Source of the DNA: Ionaspis alba
Taxonomy: Eukaryota
Length of the DNA stretch: 58,046 nt
Assembly: GCA_964255285.1 (NCBI GenBank)
Contig: CAXUUL010000029.1
Span: 1 to 58,046 of the forward strand
Reading direction: 5' to 3'
A program made the position numbers and the translations under genes. This document shows positions 53,000-58,046 of this stretch, piece after piece. Position 1 is the first letter of the stretch. Every line of letters begins with the position of its first letter. The notes under the pieces were generated by a model, which was given only the letters and a program-made list of their open reading frames with translations, was not told the origin of the DNA and searched no databases.

Positions 53000-55096
53000 A
53001 TGGCTACTGAAGAAGACAACTTCGACATTGACATTTACGGAGATGGCGGTGAGGACTACCGAGAGGAAGGACAGGTGGAGCCTGATGAGGCAACTCAGAG
53101 CGGAGAAACAACCAATCAGGCGGAGGTGGCAGAGCCAACCTCAGGTGCCTACCCACGTGATGAATCGATACCGAATGGTAATGAGGCACATAAAGATATT
53201 AAGTCCGAGCCTGAGCATGATGAGGCCGATGTAGCGCACAAAATTGGTAGCACGGACGAGTTGGCACTCGACCCTGTACAACTCCCCAAACAAGCCCCAC
53301 AAACCCAAGGTCTGAAGCGCAAAGAGGGAGCTGATGACAGGTTTGTTGATCCTGGAGCAATGCCTGCCTTGTACATATCAGAATTGCCGTGGTGGATAAC
53401 GGACGATGACATCCGTGGGTGGGCCAATCAGAGCGAGTGCGAGGATGAGCTTGAAGACATAACTTTTAGCGAGCACAAGGTCAATGGGAAAAGCAAAGGG
53501 TATGATGAACCACTAGGCTTACAGCTCCACAGGCTGACCCTCTTGACATCGTCACAGGCAGGCATATATCGTCTTCAAGACTCCTCAAGCGGCGACGGCA
53601 GCCAAGCACAAAATCGAAGGCTTCGGTGAAGGCCAAAAATACCGACAGAAGTTTCTAGTCAATTATACGAATCCCTACACCAATCCCTTCAAGACATTAC
53701 CAAAAGATGGACCGATGCGAAGTGGTGCGCAATCGAACCGATCGTCGTCTGCGAGTTACAGCAACCCAGGAGGTATTGGGAGCACATCACAGCAGACAGG
53801 CTACAGTTCGAATGGCGGTTACCGAGGTCGGGGTGGTGCTTATACTAATCGAGGCGGCATGCCCAGCATGGGCGGCTATAATAGGGGCGGCTTCCAGCAG
53901 CCTATGCCGGGCAGCTACCAAGGAGGAGGAATGAACAGTTACCAATCGACTCCAATGGGCTCCATGCCACAATACGGAGGTTTTCAGAATCGTGGAGGAA
54001 TGATGGGAGGGATGCGAGGTGGATCCATGGGTATACGCGGCGGGCGAGGAGGCATGAACAGTGGTGGTATGATGGGAATGCCGATGGGAGGCATGGGCAT
54101 AGGAACTATGCCTGTGCAGATATCCCAGATGCCCATGAATATGCCGCAAATGGGCACTGGTATGGGCATGCAAGGTATGTCAAGCCACACTTTTCCTGCC
54201 TCATCTCTGCACGATTTCGGCCCTTCATTAGTCCCATCAGCATCCCATACTCTGTACCATAATCCACAGGAATCAAAAAGCCCCAATCCTCCAACGGTCC
54301 ACGTGCCGGACGGACTGCCTCGCCAAGGAGCCTATGGTCCCCGATAAGCATTACGCCATTGCCATTCACACTTTCACTTCCAAATGTATCATTCCCGGGC
54401 ATGCAATTCAAACCGAGCAAACGATCTACCCTCCTTACTCATCTCAGTCTTGGCATGAAGCTCGCCTTCCACAGGAGCCTCGTGTCATGAATCAGACTTT
54501 CGAGACTCCGCTGTATCTGTTGCATTCAATTTCCTCCACAACGATAGCCCAGCAAGGTGGAGACTCCACTCCTATCATGAGTACCGGGTCTGATTGGGAG
54601 GTCGAAATCGCAATTCCCGCCGCCCCAATTCACCAAGCAAGGGACCACCGGTATTCCTTCTATGGATACAAGGATCTCTAGCGGAAGTGGACAAATTGCC
54701 TTTTCTGCAGACAAAGCAACGTCTTCGGCTCTCAAACCAGAAGATGTTGGCTTCCCTTTGGCTTAAACCGAGTCCACCAGCGTGGCTGAAAACATGTCAA
54801 GCGAGAGTCCTGGCCTTGAAGAGTCCTTTATATCAAGCAGAACATCAATGCGATCGAACATACCCACCTGCTTAAACAATTTCATAGCCTTGGCACCACT
54901 CCCTGTCGTCCAGCGCGAATCCGCATTGCGCAGCACACTGCGTAGTTCATTCACTGACCGATGCCTAGCAGGATTCCAAGGAGGTCAGCCGCATTATAAT
55001 CCTGCCTTCTTCTCTCAGCAGCAAGCTGCACAGAACGCCGGCATTGGCGATGCTAGCTGGAACCCTCATGGTGCTAAACGGACACGGCAAGAATGA
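53000..55096 (+). CDS. RRM protein with RGG/Met-Gly-rich low-complexity tail, CPSF6/CFIm68-like
   Basis: N-terminal DIDIYGD; RRM ALYISELPWWITDDDI...ITFSEHKVNGKSKG|QAY; YNPAFF and WNPHGAKRTRQE C-terminus. Introns at 53500-53557 and 54175-54968/54971. Confidence 0.82.
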
Positions 55097-55778
55097 GCTC
55101 ATTGTTTGTCTTGGGAGTTTATGTCAACTAGTACAGGTACGGCCGCACGGTTCCTCAGAATTGGAATCTCGATATGGTGCAGCAGGCGTTGTCTGCAATT
55201 TCTAGTTGGCTAGCTTTCCGTGCCGTCGAAGTCTGTTTGCAATGGCGCCAAGAAATGGCCTCGAGAAGTAAAGTTCCTCTTCAATACACTGTATTACCTA
55301 CCCTGTGGTACTCGGAGCATCATGTGAAAGCGATCTAAAAGTTCGTAGCAAACAAGGGCTAGATCAGCTGAATCTGCTTCTATAGATCCGAAGAACGAAC
55401 GAATTGGTTCTGACAGAGCTTGTCGAGCGTTCTTACTCTGGCTAGTCCTTTGTCCATCAACGGCACACCCCTTTCCCTGGCAACTGCCTGTACTAGTTGC
55501 ACTTGCGGTCTCGAGCTTACATCTTTACTCACGTCCTTTTAACACACATCTCGGTCTGTCATTTCAACCATATGGATTCTATGCCAGCTTATCTGCTCGT
55601 TCCCATTCTTTTGGCTTCTACCACAACCGTACGCCCTCTTCCTACGTGATAAACTGGGGGGATTCCCACCCGAGCCTCATTTACTGATCTCTGCACACTC
55701 CACACGTATCCTGTTTTAGCACCTGAGTCGAAAGTCGTAGCCAACACCGGTCGCGATCCCTTGTTACACTCCCGTGTA

Positions 55779-56819
55779 ATGGCTCTCTCAGACATTGCCC
55801 TGGCTTGCGCACAGCCTACGCAGGTCAGCGGCGCGATGTGGTGGGTAATGGGCTCCTTTGCGCCTGTCCTCGTTTTGCTCACCGGATTTTTGGCCGGATT
55901 GGCATTGGGTGTGAGGTGTGTCGATATGGCAGTCCTGAGAGTATGGATGAGGGCGGGATCGGCCTAGAGAAGGTTCGTTACAGCTTTTGTATTGTCCGAG
56001 CGCTCCGGTACACAGCGCGCTTACCGTTTAACTTTTACCCAATATACCTTTGGAAAACTGAAACAACAACAATGGACACAGCCAGAGGAAGATCATAGCT
56101 GACTTTAAGAATATTGCTAACATTTCTGAAGGCAACAAGCCTGAGTTCTTTTCGCGGCCCGGCGTCATCCCGACTTGCTTCTCACATGTCTAGTTCTCGC
56201 CTCTGTCGCAGTGACCGACGCGCTTCCCCCGAATCTAGATCGCCTTTTTGCCACAGGGTCGTGAAAGACGTTCGCTCTTAGCACTACTGTCGTTGCCGTT
56301 TGCGGCGAGCTGGTTCCTTAGGTTGTGGTACCATTCTTTGTTTTGTAGGTATATCATGCGCTGATAATGCGATCTATAGAGGTATGAAGGTAGAATAAGC
56401 ATAAAAACGAGGCAATATATTGCGGAGGCTGATCTCAAGTGTCGGCCTGATTTGCAGGACGTTGCGCATGAATCATGAAGGGAGTGATGTGGATAACTGC
56501 TCCTCTAAGTATTCCTGTTGCTTGGGTTTTTCGTTCTATAAGGATCTGGACAGAGAGTAGACGACCTTTCCGTAGTGAAGGAATCTTAAAGAACGAGGAG
56601 CTTGTCGAGCATCTGCGACTACATGAGCGCGGCGCTGGACTGGGTGGGTGCGTCTGTGACGACGTCGGAGCTATTGCTAGGACGCTCTTGATGTGTCAGG
56701 AACTTACTGCGGCTGAGCGCGCCAGGAGCTGGCAGGGGAGTACTCAAATTGAAGCAGGAAGAACTGTCGACGACCATCTGAAAGACGTGATGAAGAAGGT
56801 CGGCGGGCCATTGGAGTGA
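55779..56819 (+). pseudogene. DUF21/CNNM (Mam3-like) domain gene, apparently disrupted; 3' end uncertain
   Basis: VLVLLTGFLAGLALG...D..VLRV....G resembles the CNNM TM-domain start, and MWITAPLSIPVAW...EEL...LRLHE...GG...DD...I resembles its end. An in-frame TAG at 55965-55967 precedes the first plausible donor; the middle exons cannot be assembled cleanly. Confidence 0.5.
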
Positions 56820-58046
56820 GAAGTGAGGATGGTGGGCCCCTAGCAGGCTGTTGGACTAGTGTGGAGAGAAAGGGTGTACTCTTGGGTTGTGTCGGTATGG
56901 TCTGGAGCCACGGTGGCTCAGGCATACAGATCACGCTGACTGTCCTTAGGCTGCATTGAATTATGGCAATACCAATGATTCAGTGAAAAGACCTTGTCGG
57001 GGATATGGATATCCAACCTGTGCCCATTGTGCAAGAATCATGTGGACTGTTTGCCCTGGCGGAATGATTTCTTGCGTCTGATGATTCCTGGTATGATGTC
57101 GATTAAATTGCGAGACCACTTCTGACCAGTGGCGATGATAGCATTGCCGTCGTTGTTTCCTCCAAACAGTCGATCGGAAACGGAGTTATATGGACATCAG
57201 GCACTGCCAGTACACTTCTCATCGGTCCCAACGACAGCCACGTCAAGGGTCACCACGTTGTCCCAAAGGCCGTGTTATCAGTGGGGTTGGTGGCCTTCCG
57301 AGATTTCGTGAGTGGCATCCTGTTAGGTAGCACCAGAGGAGCTCAGTGACCTGGAGCTTTGACAGAACTCCAAGCAACTACACCCGTAAGCACTGTATCG
57401 GGTCGATGCTCCATCCCACAAATCACTATCCAGAGACACAATTCCCTCAAGGCTCAGCGAGTGTTCTCTTCCTCATCCATTCGCGAGCCACAGCACTAGG
57501 GAGATTGGAGCACCGGAATCTAGAGTAAGCAGTCATAGCAGCTTGCGCACAACAAGCCTGGGCAGACTGTCGGTTCAATCGATGGCTGCTCAGAGTGTCC
57601 GGAACAGAGCTTCTTCCACTGCCAGCACACCGCGGGCTGACGTCTTGAGAAGAAGACTGCCATCAGCAACGGATGAGGTAACAGCTCGGATCGTAAAGAG
57701 ATACGAAATCTTTACAGACCCAGTTGAGGATTGAGCAGTAGCTGAAGTCGTGCGGAAAGCTATCGATGGGGAAACAAATCGAGAGAGGATGTTGAGTTAA
57801 GTAAGAGTGTAGTTGAGGCGATTGCAAGTTTTGGTTCCCAGCACCGCTTCGAAAGCTTGCGGGGCGAGTGGAAACCTGGATATACATTCCGATTGAACGC
57901 TGTGGATTCCGTGGCAATCATAAGCATCGGATTCACGAAAGTATCATTTGTCACCCCGACCGGTCCATCTGTAGAAGGTCTTGCGAGCACAGCGTTGTTA
58001 CTTTCCAGAAGAAGCGGAGACGCGAGTAATTCGTGTACAGCCATAT

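Noticed and set aside
57346..58046. Short ORFs at the window end, including 57760-58044 on the minus strand
   Set aside because: May be the tail of a gene outside the window, but there is no motif to support a call.
1..58046. CRISPR arrays, rRNA/tRNA genes, intact transposase/RT/tyrosine-recombinase ORFs; many short antisense ORFs in the track
   Set aside because: No repeat-spacer array, RNA gene or such catalytic motif was recognised by eye; the short ORFs are shadows of real exons.

Overview
Gene-dense eukaryotic scaffold from a filamentous ascomycete (Pezizomycotina-type proteins; mostly ~50-nt GT-AG introns with CTRAC-like branch sites; three 100-N gaps). In order it carries: a Pho80/PREG-type cyclin, a fungal protein of unknown function, an SPX-VTC (Vtc2/3-type) subunit, a Nudix hydrolase, a DUF3112-like membrane protein, GDT1, a telobox-type Myb protein, a ~6-kb island of decayed orphan ORFs (19-25 kb), an RS-rich protein, pantothenate kinase, a Sos7/Kre28-type kinetochore protein, an RNAi-type RdRP, ELP6, RPL37, a disabled HOM2, DLD1, RPS4, RIM2, a WDR23/DCAF11-like protein, a CFIm68-like RRM protein with an unusually long intron, and a broken DUF21/CNNM-like gene. 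The most notable observations are: (1) a GIY-YIG-nuclease-like domain fused to tandem Myb/SANT-like repeats inside the island; (2) a multiply frameshifted aspartate-semialdehyde dehydrogenase (HOM2), normally a core biosynthetic gene; (3) a three-block dispersed repeat shared between the island's right edge and the RPS4 upstream region; (4) two MITE-like inverted-repeat elements. All gene models were spliced by eye, family calls rest on recalled motifs, and no database searches were run.
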